64,000 nt of DNA from Fimicolochytrium jonesii. Lineage: Eukaryota. Position numbers and translations under genes: made by a program. The number at the start of each line of letters is the position of its first letter. Positions within the stretch are counted from its first letter, which is position 1. The notes under the pieces were generated by a model, which had not been told where the DNA came from, searched no databases, and worked only from the letters and a program-made list of their open reading frames with translations. Where the stretch lies: the NCBI RefSeq assembly GCF_025526975.1, contig NW_026515673.1:496001-560000 (forward strand). The letters run 5' to 3'. Positions 47,007-60,065 of this stretch are shown piece after piece.

Positions 47007-47767
47007 GCGGAGCGGTCCGGCGTATATATTATTGATCCCTTTTTTTCCTCAGGAAGACAGTTATTCCCCTATACCTTACCTCATGCATACTCAAGTTATA
47101 GTTATAGATAGAAACGCACTCCCTTCAGAGAACATCACCATATATCACCATATATCACCTCACCACTCCCACGCAATGTAAAACGAATAAATAAAAGAAA
47201 AAAAATGAGACCTTTCCTCTCGCAGACGACCAACTCAAATGCCTTAAAGGATGCAAGGATATATGGCTGACTATTTATTAGATGGTTTCACGACCACGAT
47301 CCTCACTTTGTGGGTAACTGGTGGGTATGTGATGGTTGTGGCTCTTATTGCTTTGATCGCCCGTCAACGCGCGCACAACAGGGGGGAACAATCCCCCATT
47401 TGCGCTCAGCCTTCCTACATATGCAGCCTTTCCCACCCCCGGAAGAACGCTTTCCCCCTATCTTCTCGCATTGCTCGCTTGCTCCCAAGGGTGCTTGCTC
47501 CAAGGTCTTTAGCTACTTTCGCCCGCTCGGAACAGCAGTAGGGGGCTCAAGAAGAGTTGAGGTAGCAAGTGAGAAAAAGGAGGGGTGAGGTGGGTACAGA
47601 ACAACTGTGGGAAAGTTCACGTTCGTGCTTTCGGACCATTCCTGGGTAAATGCGAGACCTACGAAACTCAGGCCGTCTCTTGCATGGTATCGTCTCTCCT
47701 TCGGTTTATAGATGCGGGTATGGTAGACTTTCACAAGCTCGAAAAGCCGAGTCCGATAAGCACCACC

Positions 47768-50700
47768 ATGCCCTCCACCGAGACCAACGGCACCCGGACT
47801 GGTTTTCTCCTCAAGCCAGTGGCGAATGGCCGGACAACCACATTAACTTATCAGCACTTTCGTGTCGAGCTCCACCCTGACGATGCCAGGGATAAAGTCT
47901 TTCTTGCTATCGTGAAGGCGTTGCTGCGACAGAGCAACCGGCCTTGTACACCGAAGGAATTGAGCAACCTCATTTTGAAGCATAAGCTTACTACTCTGGG
48001 GTATGTGAGAGGAAGACGTCGCGAAACGTCTTTTCTCCCTTTGTTAGCACCTTTTTAAAGCTTGCTCACGTTCTTCTCCCGGTTTCTAGGGGAGCGACAC
48101 CGTACGCTACAGTCTCGTCGAGGATATCCCAGCACTACAAACGAGCGACAGAGCTAAATAGGTCTCCCTTACTCGGGAGGCGCTCGCTCAACGAGAAAAA
48201 CTCGAGAAGGCTTGTCTACTTTGTCGATCAAGCTGGGGTGCCAGTGAACCCGGGGGAAGATCGGGGCTCGTCAGACTCGGAAGACGGCATGGACGGCAAC
48301 ACGGCAGGATCAACGCGGAATGCCTTCTCCGGCGGTTCCTCCCCATTATTATCCCCAACCAACTCGCTATTACCATCCCGGAACTCGGCATCTGGAGCAG
48401 AGGAGAACCACCTTTTCGAGTCCGAACGTCATTCACATCGAACGCCCGTTGCGCCATTACGAGTGTCAACGCGAGTGAAACGCCGACGAAGTCCATACTC
48501 ACCACCCAATGAACCACAGGCTTTCATGAAGAGGTCTCGGAGTGCAAGCATCAGTGGTCACAGCCTTCCGACAAGTCCCGCTGTTTCGGAAGATGAGGAC
48601 GATTCAGCTACTCTCGATCGCCAATCTGCACGGTCACACTCAGCCTTGGCACGTTCCGTCTCGCCGGAGAATATCACGCCGGGGCAAGACCAGGGCGAGT
48701 TACCATCGACTCCATCAAGTCCAATGTTTGCTTCCTCCAGCTCGCCAACGATTCACGAAGCGGCTTCGAACGATGACATTGAGCCGCAGGGAATGGACGT
48801 TGAGGAGGGACCACAGGATTTCTCCGAAGACATGTTGGAAGTCACCGCTGTATTCTCGGCTGAGAATCCACGAGACGCGGATGTACACACGGAGTTCACG
48901 GGGACCCGGCAACGTACGACCAGTGACGATTTTGTCTTACATCCTATCACGGCACCACATGTTTCCTCCCTGAGTACGAATACGCCGCCGTCCAAAGTGT
49001 ACATGTCCCTGCCCGCAGTTCTCGGGTTCGAATCACCAAATCTGCTTCCACCGCCTTTGTTTGGTAGCGCGTTGGGCGTCTTAGGCGAGCTTGACGTAGA
49101 ATACACAAGCCCGCACAAGGATAATGCGCCTACGGAAGTCTATCGCGGCAATGTCACTGCCAAGTCATTATTCGAGAACAATGAATTCAGTCTATACCAT
49201 GGATTTCATCATCCCGAGAACGTCAGCGTCAGCGAGTTGGATTTCCTTCTCGGAGAGGGTGCCAATCTGAACGGGGGATGGGGTAGTGGGTTCATGGATA
49301 CGTCACGAAAACGGGTGGTTGACTCGCAGATGGCTACGGGAAAGTCGGCGAAACGGAGAAGAGTAGAAACAGGATGTCGGGATGGGGTCCCGGAATCCAA
49401 GACATGGACTGATGACGATTCAGATGACGCGCGCGACGCTCGAGATCGGTCGGCTGCGAGACCGCCGTCGCAGCCGCTAAGACAGCAGGCCGACTCCAAC
49501 ACGTCAACAGCCGAAACAGGGCAGAGAACGGGAACCGCGTTACCTTGTACGAAGCAATCTGCAACGAACCCTGAAGAACTTGCATCCATGTCCATTCCGT
49601 TTGAACAACAGATCATCCCGCCCTATGCACCATCCCCGCCCGCATCCCCCCCGACCAAACGCGACCGCCGGGTGTCGATTGCACCATATGCTGGCCCAGG
49701 ATCTCTAGCCGTCGCCTCCTATCGATGCAATGGCGACACACTTGAGGTGCATGAGAAAGTGGAGCATCACCCTGTTCCAATACATGTCAGCAAAATCACG
49801 AGCGCGCCCTCATTCGAGTTGAACATTCGGACACTGCCCGTGGACCCTTCAGGGCGCGCGTCCAGCACGACGAACTCTGCTGAGGGAGCGAATGGGCAAA
49901 AAGTATCATTCCGGCTTGAAGGCTTTGTCCGGGCTCAGGGCTTATTGGACGCGGGGCTGAAGGTCTGGTCGGCTCCTGTGGAAGCCCTTGACACCACGGA
50001 CCTCCTTGTTGTGAAAGCGGAGAATGGAGCGAAAGCGGATCGGGAGCAATCAGAAGCGTTTGTGTGGAACGCGTTTTTGGAAGAAGTACGAAGCAGGACC
50101 GCAGCGCCTCGCACAGTTGATGAGAGCGTCGCTGTGAGGATACATTTGCGGAATAACGACTCTGTCGGCCATACATTTGTCGTACTGAAAGTTAGCGATG
50201 CCGAAGGCGATAGTGGGGTGCCTGTCCAGTGTGGCGGTGTGTGGTAGGTTTTTCACAATATGGTTAGGATGGGCGTGGCAACTGCTCATATTCAGTTCTT
50301 TGTAGGATTCCAACACAGGAAGCAAGGAAACTCGCAAATCATCTCGGGATCATGGATCGCTTGGACGACTTTCTCACAATGCATCCGGAGGCGTCAGCGA
50401 GCGGGGCGTCAGCGAGCGGGCCGCTGTCTCGAGAGCATCTGAACTCCGGACCCCCACCCGGCGCAACATTATCCGTACCAGCCACACCCAATCGTTCCTC
50501 CCTGTGCTTGCCTTCCCCGGCACAAACACCCCACCTAGCTGTCGAAGTGAAGATGGCTCCGGCAGCCCGCAGTATCAGCAGTGTAAGCGAGACTGTTCCC
50601 GCTGCCGCCATCACCATTGAAGAAGAGATTGCGCACGAAGATGAGGATTTTCTCGTGTTTGAGCAACCCGGACTCACTGGGGATTGGAGTCATGATGGGG

Positions 50701-53700
50701 ACGGCGACGGAAATCATAGTGGAGACGACCCGGCTGGCGACTCCCAGGCGGTAGGGAAGCCGGCGACTCAGCAAGGAGTTGCCCATGCGGTCAGCCATGC
50801 ACCCCCCGTTACGCTCGACCCAGCAAAGCTGAACCTTGTGAGCCCCGTGGAGCCGGTTGCCGGAAGTGTTCCCATCTACATGACCGATGTAGACGGGATC
50901 CTTTGCTATGTCCTGTGGCTGTTGAAAGGCGCCGATGGACAGTATACGGCCACACCTGCTGAAGCAATGAGACACGAACAATCTTCGACTATCCCGCCCT
51001 CTTCAAACGAATCGACGGCGACACCTCAGGCCTCAACTTCCGATCCCAACAAAACCGAAAATGTGCCCGTTCCCGTCCTCCGTCGCGTTGACAACAACAT
51101 GGTCAACGCCACACTTCTCCTGCATGCCGGTGGAATGGTGACGGATAGAGAGCGCAGCATTGTTCTCTCGCTTGAACGGGGACGCGCACGGTGTCGGAAA
51201 AAAGGAAGTGGGCTCTACGGGACGTGGATTCCATTGGCGCGTGCCCGGCATTTGGCAAGGACCTTTTGCTTGCAGCAGAAGCTTGGTGGGTTTTTGAGCA
51301 ACTCTGTGACGAAATCCTCTTTTGGCGTTGTGGAGCCCGAGGTGGTGTTTGAGGATATCACGGTTGGGGGAGTAGGCATGAGGATGGACGACGGCGTTGC
51401 AGTAGATAAGATGGAGGTCTTGACGGCGGGTCCTACGACGATGGTGAACCCGCTGGCTTGGAAGGATACACAGGGACGGGGAGCGGTGGCAAGTGCGACA
51501 TCGACGGTGGGGAAGGCGACTGCCAATGCACGCTCAAAGCAATCGTCTGCTCCCACCGCTAGTCGACCGTCTGCTCGGTCACATCCTGCTGCTGTCAGCA
51601 CGGCGTTGCCCGTAACTTCAGGCCCCAATGCTGTGAGCTCATCAGGAGCCAAAGCGGCTGTGCCAAGTTCCGCAACGTCGAGCTTACTGCGCCCGCCATT
51701 CACGGCGGCCACGACCGCCAGTCCGCTTCATACTCATGGAGTCTCTACCACTAGCGCGCCGAGCACGACGACCCTCACTCCATCACCCGCTACCATTGCC
51801 GCCACGCAAGCTGCGATTGCTGCACTGACCAAGTTGGGAGGCAGCGGGCCGTTAACGGCCGCTACCTTAGCAAACGCTCTTGCCGCTCTCAATCAACTCA
51901 ACGCACATAACAACAAATACGCAGCGAGACCTTTGACAAACACTGTTGGGACAGGTGCCGCTCCGTCGCTTGGAGCTCCAGCGCATACTAATGGGACGGT
52001 TAACTCGCCACTGAATCAGGCGCCCACAGGAACGTCAGCCGCATCCGCTTTAGCAACCGTTGCACCAGCCTCTATCCCAAGCCCCGCCAGCATTTTGGAA
52101 GCATTCACCAACGTTTTCAAGAGTGGCTTTGCGTCTGGATGGACGCCGACGTCCGCTGGTACCCCGTCTTCGTCTATTGGTACCAAGCCCTCGGCCGCAT
52201 CGAATCCGGTAACGTCGGCCTTACGTCCATCTGTCGGCACAACGTTCAGTGGGCCACTGGGCTCTCCATTACCCACGTCCTTCGCCGCTTCTCTCACGTC
52301 ACGACTTGCGTCATCACCGTACAAATTGCCATCAAGCAGCCTGTCTGCCACCACCACCACTGGCCTTGCTCAGTCTTCTCTCAAACCATCCACTGCATTC
52401 GCATCGCCATTGAGAGGGTCAACGGTCACTCCTATGCCGGTCGTCAGCTCCGCTAAACCTGTACCCACCACCGGAAGTACCTCGGTCGCAGGCCACTCAC
52501 ATGGCGCGGTATCGAACAACCTAATGTTGACGTCGATTTCGTCCAACGCGAAGATGGCTGCGCCGGCTGCTATGCCCACGTCAGAGACTGCGATGAAGCA
52601 AACCGCGGTGACCGCCTCTGCTATCGCGAACCGCTCCACGGGCTTTGCGGCGCCAAATCCCGTTTCCATGCAAATAAACGCGCTGGCCGGCCTACCTCTG
52701 TTGGCATCGTCTGGCGTTTCAACAGCTTCATTGGCGTCCACATATCCTTTCCTACCAGTCTCATCTTCTCTACTGGGAAGCGCTACCGTTCATACGCCAT
52801 TGCCCACCAGCACAGCGACATCGGTCTGCCCAGCCATGAACAACGCCTCTCTTCCAACGACCGCGTTACCCACGTTGGCGACGTCTACATCGCCAGGGTT
52901 AGGGAGTGTTCTGCCCATGCTCACCCAGCCATCCGTCCCACTCATTGCTCTGGATGACATCGATGGAGGGGACGGCAAGCTTCCCATTGCAAGCTCGGCA
53001 GCACTGGCTGCGGTGGCTGCGGCGGCCGGATTCCCCTTGCATGTGGGACAAAGTCATGTGCAAGAGTTTGCGAAACAGAATACCGTTGGGATCGGCAAGC
53101 CAAGCACCACTGAAGGGCTCGCCATGTCCAATATGGCAACCGTGGAAGACTTCACGGATGATGGAAGTCAAGATGAGACTGCGGAGGATGAAGCTGAAGG
53201 GGCTGATCATGGTGCGACATCCTATGCGACATCCTACGACGACACGGACGATCTCGATCAAGAAGACGATTTTGACCATCTCAACGCTATGGCTGGCGGC
53301 CAACGATTTCCTTCATCGCATCCACCGGCTGTTGGAGGCGGCAAGATCAAGCCTCAGAAACCGATACCGGTCCCTGCCCAAGCAGTTTCGCAGCCCAAGC
53401 GCGGGTCCAAAGCACGCGGCGTTGCAGGCGCGGTGGACGGCAAAGCGAGCAGGAAGGCGACTACGGCGGCAGTGGCTCGCAAACCAGCAGCGAAGAAGCA
53501 GAAGCAATCCCACGGTACCGGAACAATCGCCGTAGCGAAAGCCATCGCGCGGAAGAAGAGAGGGGCGCGCGTGCCAACCTCGACTCCTTCTACTTCGATA
53601 CCGACATCCACACCGGTCATTGTTCGATTGGCTGAGGAAGAGGGCGAGGAGACTGACATTGAGATTGATGTAGTCGATGGGGATGGGGTTGATGATTTCC

Positions 53701-53705
53701 GTTGA
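47768..53705 (+). CDS. Putative transcription/chromatin factor: N-terminal Gds1/HARE-type winged helix plus APSES/KilA-N domain(s) and long low-complexity regions; 3 exons (introns ~48001-48089, 50244-50305)
   Basis: DKVFLAIVKAL..NRPCTPKELSNLI.K..LTTLG|GATPYATVSSRISQHYKR; VLRRVDNNMVNATLLLHAGG...LYGTWIPLARARHLA. Confidence 0.78.
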
Positions 53706-53974
53706 GAACGGACACACGTTGAGGACTTTGAAGAATAGCTTAGATGCGCAAGCTAGTCATTTTTGAGAATCTGGCGTCTTAGGCACAGTTGCAGCTTGTA
53801 GCGACCGTTTGTGAGCGGTCCTTGCATACATATTTTCCCCAATCTCTTTGCAGGTTTTTGATATTCATACCATAATAAGATAAGATGATTGAAGTATTCA
53901 TATGTTGGGAAAGTTTTCCACTCTCTACGTTTAGCCGGGCAGTTGTCGTTGTGCATTTATAAGTCTCTATTAGG

Positions 53975-53983
53975 GTCACGTGA
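53975..53983. promoter_or_regulatory. E-box GTCACGTGA ~400 nt upstream of RPO41
   Basis: Read directly; third intergenic occurrence noticed in the window. Confidence 0.3.
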
Positions 53984-54386
53984 ACAGCGTTTTGCCTGAG
54001 ACATCGAGAAGAGACGCGACGACAAATCACCCACACGCAACTTCCGGGCAAACGACGAAAAAAGCTGCAAATATCAGTATCCCGGCCACGTATCAAGAAC
54101 CCCTCCACCCGGTTGACACCCATCGGCGTTCCCTCGAGTCGTGCTCTCAAGTCCTACGGCAACGTCGAACCCTTTGAGACTCCCGGACCTGGCGATTTAC
54201 AGGCGGGCCTGAAAGCCGGTTATTCCGTCGCTTGGGCTCAATGGAATTCTTTGAGCGCCGAAAGCCCGAATTCTTTGTATGAGCACACAGCTCTCTGCTT
54301 GTCGTCGGTAAGAAAGGAGTCATAGTCTATGAGGACTTACCTTCAGAAGAAGCTAACTTGGAAGCTTCTGTAGGTGATTCGTTGCA

Positions 54387-57300
54387 ATGTCACACCTTCC
54401 GGAGAAATCACTTCGAGACATGGCCCTCGGCTCTGTACGGAGGGTGTCCACCAGGGTGCGCCGCCGTATGCAGATCTCCCGCGCTACACAACGGCGAGCA
54501 TATTCTGCGGAACTTCAACAAATGCAGAGACCGGTCCCGGTGAAAACGAACGCCCGAGTGTCTTACTCCCGTGGGAAGTTGCCGGCAACAGCTTCTACTT
54601 ATGAGTACCACAGCGAAGAGACTATGGAAGCGCCATATCGACCGTTGACGCCCGTGCGTGCACCATCCGACGCGTTCGCAGGAGTGGATGATTTCAGCGG
54701 GGTCTTATTCAATAGGAAGCCAGATCAATCAAAGTCTCTGGACTCGCATCCAGGTCAGCGATCGCCGGTAAGGTCGGTGCTCGAGGAGCGTCTCATCCTA
54801 ATGTACGCGGCTCTAGAGTCTGGCGACCTGGGTGGGGCAGAAACGATTTTCCAACGCATGTTAAAACGCCATCTGACGGAAATGCGCGAAATGGTGGATG
54901 TGCGGGTTTTTAATGCATTCATCCAAGCATATCTGGCGACCCCGTCGCCACCTAAAGTTGACCGAGCGATGGACTGGTACCGTCGACTGAACTACGAGCT
55001 GAACTTGAAACCGAACGAACGCACCTTCGGATTGTTAATACGTCACTTCCTTAAAGCCGGCAACACGGAGCGAGTACGAGCGTTACTGGCTGACATGTCG
55101 AGTGCGGGAATACCAGCGGAAACGCTACTGCTGGGAGACTTATTCGAGGAAAAGGAAGACAAAGTGTCGCTCGAAGCGTTCCTTCGAAATGAAGGATTGG
55201 GAACATCGGCTGCGCATAAGGCAGATCAGCTGTTGTTATCGGCCCTCGAGAACGACGACGGTCCGTCGGATGAACGGATATCACCCACAGGATCATCTAT
55301 ACTTCTTGACCTGGTATCCGACAAAGCTCCGACGAAGGCCGCAACCAAGCCTCTCCCAGCGTTGAAGTCGGTAGACGCTCTCGGTGTCAACATAATGAGG
55401 AAAGCTCTGGACGAGATGCAGGTGGCAAGTCGGGCGGACAAGTTCGAGCAGCAACAATGGTTGGAGGAGCGGTCGGCAGCGGCCGCGGTGCAGGACTTCG
55501 AAGAAAGGCTGAAGATCATGCCGGAAGATGTGCGGCGACTGACCGCTATTCCCTCGCAAATGGTCGCATCATGGCACTCCGTCTTCGTTCCTGTATTGAA
55601 GCGGGAAATCGAGACAATGAATCAGCTTCGCGAAGATGCAGAGGAGCACGGTCTGGGGCGCTTTTTGTCGCTCCTTCCAGCGGAAAAGCTCTCGCAAATC
55701 ACCATCTCAGCTTTCCTTCGCAGTCCCACATCTCAGGAGATGGATAAAGGGATAATGGCAGGGCACATGCCTATGGCGAGGTTGTCCATACACATCGGAA
55801 GCACCGTTGAGAACGAATACAACGCTCAAAAAATGAAAGTCACGGGTTCCAAGCACAAGCTGAACTTCACGAAAGCTGTGAACAATCTTGCTGGCCAGGG
55901 AAAGTTCCAGTCTAACACCGTTCGGAATGTCATGGCGCTACTGGAGCGACGGAACCTGGAACAATCGGTGTGGAATCCGACGTTCCCGCAAGGCATTAAA
56001 GCCAAGATTGGAGGCTTTCTTGTAGAGCGCTTTCTTCGAGTGGCCATGTTCCGCATGCAACGAACCGACCCCGAAGACCCCGACCGAATAATAGAGGAAC
56101 ACGTGCCTGCCTTCACGCATAGTATTCAGAACACCACGAATACACAAAAGATAGGGATGATTTCCTACCATCCTGAGCTGTATCAAGTCCTGGCCCGCAG
56201 CCCAACCCACGTTGAACCTTACCTGCTACCGATGCTGGTGACCCCGCAACCATGGTTGACCTGGCAGACGGGAGGATACCTGCAACATCGTGTTGAGATG
56301 GTCCGGTATCAAGGAGACAGGGAGGCCAAAGCGTATTTGCAAATTGCGGACGACGCCAGTGAACTGACACCAGTTCAAAAAGCCCTGGACATCCTCGGTG
56401 CCGTGCCATGGAGCATCAACGACGCTGTGCTGGACGTTGCCGTGAAAATGTGGAACTCGAAGCAGCACGTCACGTCCCTCCCATCGCCAATCGAGGAGCC
56501 TCCCGTCGAGCAGCCACCCGGTATAGACGACGACGCTAAACTGAGGAACGAGTATTATAAGAAGGTGAAGGAGCGACATGACCGGCTAGCTACGAACTTT
56601 AGTATGCGAGCGGATGCCAACTACAAACTGGAGATCGCAAGAGCAGTAAGTTGACGTGACTTCAAATGAGGCCAACAACCTTTCGTACTGACGATTTTCT
56701 TATATCGCAGTTCCTAAACGAAAATTTCTACTTCCCACACAATGTCGACTTCCGAGGTCGCGCCTACCCGATCCCAGCGCATTTGACACATATCGGGAAC
56801 GATTTATGTCGTGGCCTTCTCCAGTTTGCTGAAGGCAAACCACTAGGAGAAGAGGGATTAAGATGGCTGAAGATCCAGGTCGCTTCTCTGGCGGGCCAGG
56901 ACAAGGCCTCGTTCGAGGACCGTGAAGCATTTACAATGAAGCATCTGGCACAGGTGTACGAGTCGGCTGATCGGCCATTGGAAGGCACTCGGTGGTGGCT
57001 GCAATTCGATAGCCCGTGGCAATTACTGGCTGCTTGTCAGGACTTGACAAACGCACTACGATCAGACCATCCGACGAAATATCTCTCACGACAGCCCATC
57101 CATCAAGATGGCACATGCAATGGACTGCAGCATTATGCCGCTCTTGGAGGAGACGAACTCGGCGCGAGACAAGTCAATTTGGCGCCAAGTGAAAAACCTT
57201 CCGACATATACACGGGGGTGGCCGATCGGGTGCAGGCATACGTTGACGAGGATTCCAAAACAGGCGTAGAGGAGGCCATCCTGATGAAAAATCGCATCAA

Positions 57301-58528
57301 TCGCAAACTGGTTAAGCAAACAGTGATGACAAACACGTACGGTGTGACATTCATGGGCGCTAAGACTCAGGTCAGCAATCGCCTCAAGGAAGCCCGCGCG
57401 GCCGCTCGACATGCCGACAAATCACGAGAGACGTCTTTGGCAAATGCATCGAATGCCGCCGTGGCGAGCCAGGAGGATGAACTGACCGACGACCAGATCT
57501 TGAAGTGCTCCCTCTACATTGCCAAGAAAATCTTCGAAGCAATGGGAACGCTCTTCGAAGGTGCTCGAGCGATTCAAATCTGGTTGAGCTCCTCGGCAAA
57601 TCTGATAGCCCGGTCTACCAACGCCAAGGACATCCCTCCGATGCAGCTCGAAATGGCCGAGCAGCTTGCGAAGATGGGAGTGCTACCTAGTGCATTCACA
57701 GTTGCCAACGAGGTTACCACAAATGTGATGGACGAGCAAGAGAAGATCAGTAGTGGTGGCCTTCTCAGCGCTCTCATGGAAGATCTTAACGAGGATGCCT
57801 CCGATGAGATTGTGGTGGGCATGGATACGGCCCCGTCAGTGGCTACCGGAAACGCGTCGGACACGGTAGAGGCCGCAAAGCCCGCGTCGCTCAACGTCAA
57901 AGACGTCAGTCACAAGGTGGGGAAAACGAGTGCAGTCATCTGGACTACCCCGCTTGGTCTACCATGCGTACAGCCATACCGCAATTACGAAATGCGAGTC
58001 ATCCAGACCTTACTGCAAACCATTAACATCCGCGACTGGGACTCGCCCGCCACCGTCAACCCCATGAAGCAATCGTCCGCCTTCCCTCCAAACTACATCC
58101 ATTCCCTCGATGCCTCGCACATGATGATCTCGGCCGTTGCATGTCATGGCGTCAACGTTACATTCGCCGCCGTCCACGATTCGTATTGGACACATGCTTG
58201 CGACGTTCCCGTGATGAACGAGATCCTTCGTGAATCCTTCGTCCGTCTGCATTCAGGCGACTTGATGAAACAGCTACGGACCGAATTCATGGACAGATAC
58301 CGCGGCCACAAGCTGCCGGTGGAAGTCACCCTTTCCGGCGAGCAGGCAGAGGAATGGAAGGCTTGGTGCGATAGCAAAGGGTACAAATCGGGAGTAGGGA
58401 AGAAGATGATCAAGAATGGGAAGGTCAAGAAGATAGATACGTGGGTGGACCTCGAGTTTGCGCCGTTGCCCGCGAGAGGGAACTTCGAGTTGGAGAAGGT
58501 TAAGGATAGCAAGTACTTCTTTAACTGA
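54387..58528 (+). CDS. RPO41: Mitochondrial T7-like RNA polymerase with N-terminal PPR repeats, 2 exons (intron 56646-56710)
   Basis: HNVDFRGRAYP, motif A HQDGTCNGLQHY, motif B RKLVKQTVMTNTYG, FPPNYIHSLDASHM, motif C AVHDSYWTH, KYFF end. Confidence 0.96.
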
Positions 58529-59207
58529 AGAACGGGCCCTCGTTGTAATGTCCCTCTCATTTCTACATAGTTTATATCTGCACATATTACACTTTAAGTT
58601 ATTGCATAGAAACCTGTAGTCAATTGTAGTCTGGAACGTACAGGTCCATCGTCGAAGGCAATATCTGCGCTCCTGGACTTGACGGTGCTTACCGAAGGCG
58701 AGGCGGGGTTCCATCCGAAACTATTGCTAGTAGTTGAACACCGCACCCGTGACACACACACCGCACATACAAATACCCTAACCTTTTGTTGCCTCGAGCT
58801 GAATCATCCTCACTCCGAGTTTGTTTCCACCAACTTCCCTTCCACCATCTAGGCCGCCGCCTATAAAAGGAAGCCCGCCCTCCCATCCCGTAAACCCTGC
58901 TGAAAACCAATCCTCTCAGGCCTTTTGGCGAAGATCCCAACCTATTCTGTCAAAAATCCGTCAATTTTGAGGCTGAGTCGCGCCTCATCCACAAAATCAG
59001 TGAATGATCGTGACGGATTTCCTCTGGATTTCCTGCCACTTTCAGTTACTTTCCGTACCGGCACTCCAGTTCTCTCCTCCAAACTTTTGCAACGTTGTCA
59101 ATCATCAGGGATCTGTTCTGTTTAGTTTGACAAATTGGACCTACTCGGTCGAGTACTATTGGCAACCATACTTCTTTTTCAAACTCGCTGGATTACCGTG
59201 GGCTTGC

Positions 59208-59560
59208 TCATGGCCCTGGCACAGGTGTCCCCAGCATTGCGCCACTTCTGGATGACGCCGAGCTCATATGAGCATCTACAAAATAAGGAAAAAAAAGTCT
59301 CAATGTGTCTATGATCACGGGCAGAGACGGCCACACCTTGAAAGTTCGACAACCGCGCTTAGTGAAGACCTTGTCAAAATAGCACTTCACCTGATCGAAG
59401 AGTGGTGGACCGCTGCGTTGCTCGTGAGAACGGTTGTATTTCCAGCCGCTCACGATGAAATGCCGCTTGCCGGGGATGCCGACCCGAGATCCGGCCCGTT
59501 CCTCAGGTGTAACCCGTCTTGTTTTGGCAGCTATACCCTTTTACTCGGCGAAGCGAGAGG
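59208..59560 (-). pseudogene. Possible decayed Myb/SANT-like partner ORF of the Harbinger element
   Basis: KTRRVTPEER..FIVSGWKY..LFDQVKCYF..RT loosely resembles Harbinger Myb/SANT spacing; head-to-head with the transposase. Confidence 0.25.
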
Positions 59561-60065
59561 GGCCGGGGAGGAAGGTCGTGGATCACAGATGGCTTTACGG
59601 AAGACAGCACGGGTATCCTATCGTTCTCGTTTTCCGGCCATCCTTTAGCTCTCCCCAATGACCGTACCGTTGGTTCCAACATTGGGAGGTCGGGCAACGC
59701 GTCCAACACGCGTGCCTATGGCGCCTGCCGAGTTACCGTTCCCTCAAGCGAGCCATGTCATACACCGCTAAACTCAACTCCGCAGGCATCAGGGCACTTC
59801 CACCGTTGCGACGGGCGGAAATCCGGGCAAAATTGTTTGCCCTCGTGTTTAGCCCAAGAATTTAGCCTCAGGGCCAAGCATGTCCACCGTGTCCAACTGG
59901 CAACGCGCTCAACCCCATCGCCGCGTACAAAAACGTGGTCATAGTGTAGACATAAAAGGCACCTCCACATCCATAAAAAAGGTACCCGGGGGGATTTCCC
60001 CCCAGGGCTTTCTCCACATTTCTCCACAAGTCTCATTTCTCCACAAGTCTTTCGATCAGTTCGCA

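Noticed and set aside
54387..58528. Phage T7-like polymerase as evidence of a virus or prophage
   Set aside because: It has an intron, PPR repeats and a presequence-like N-terminus: the ordinary nuclear-encoded mitochondrial RNA polymerase
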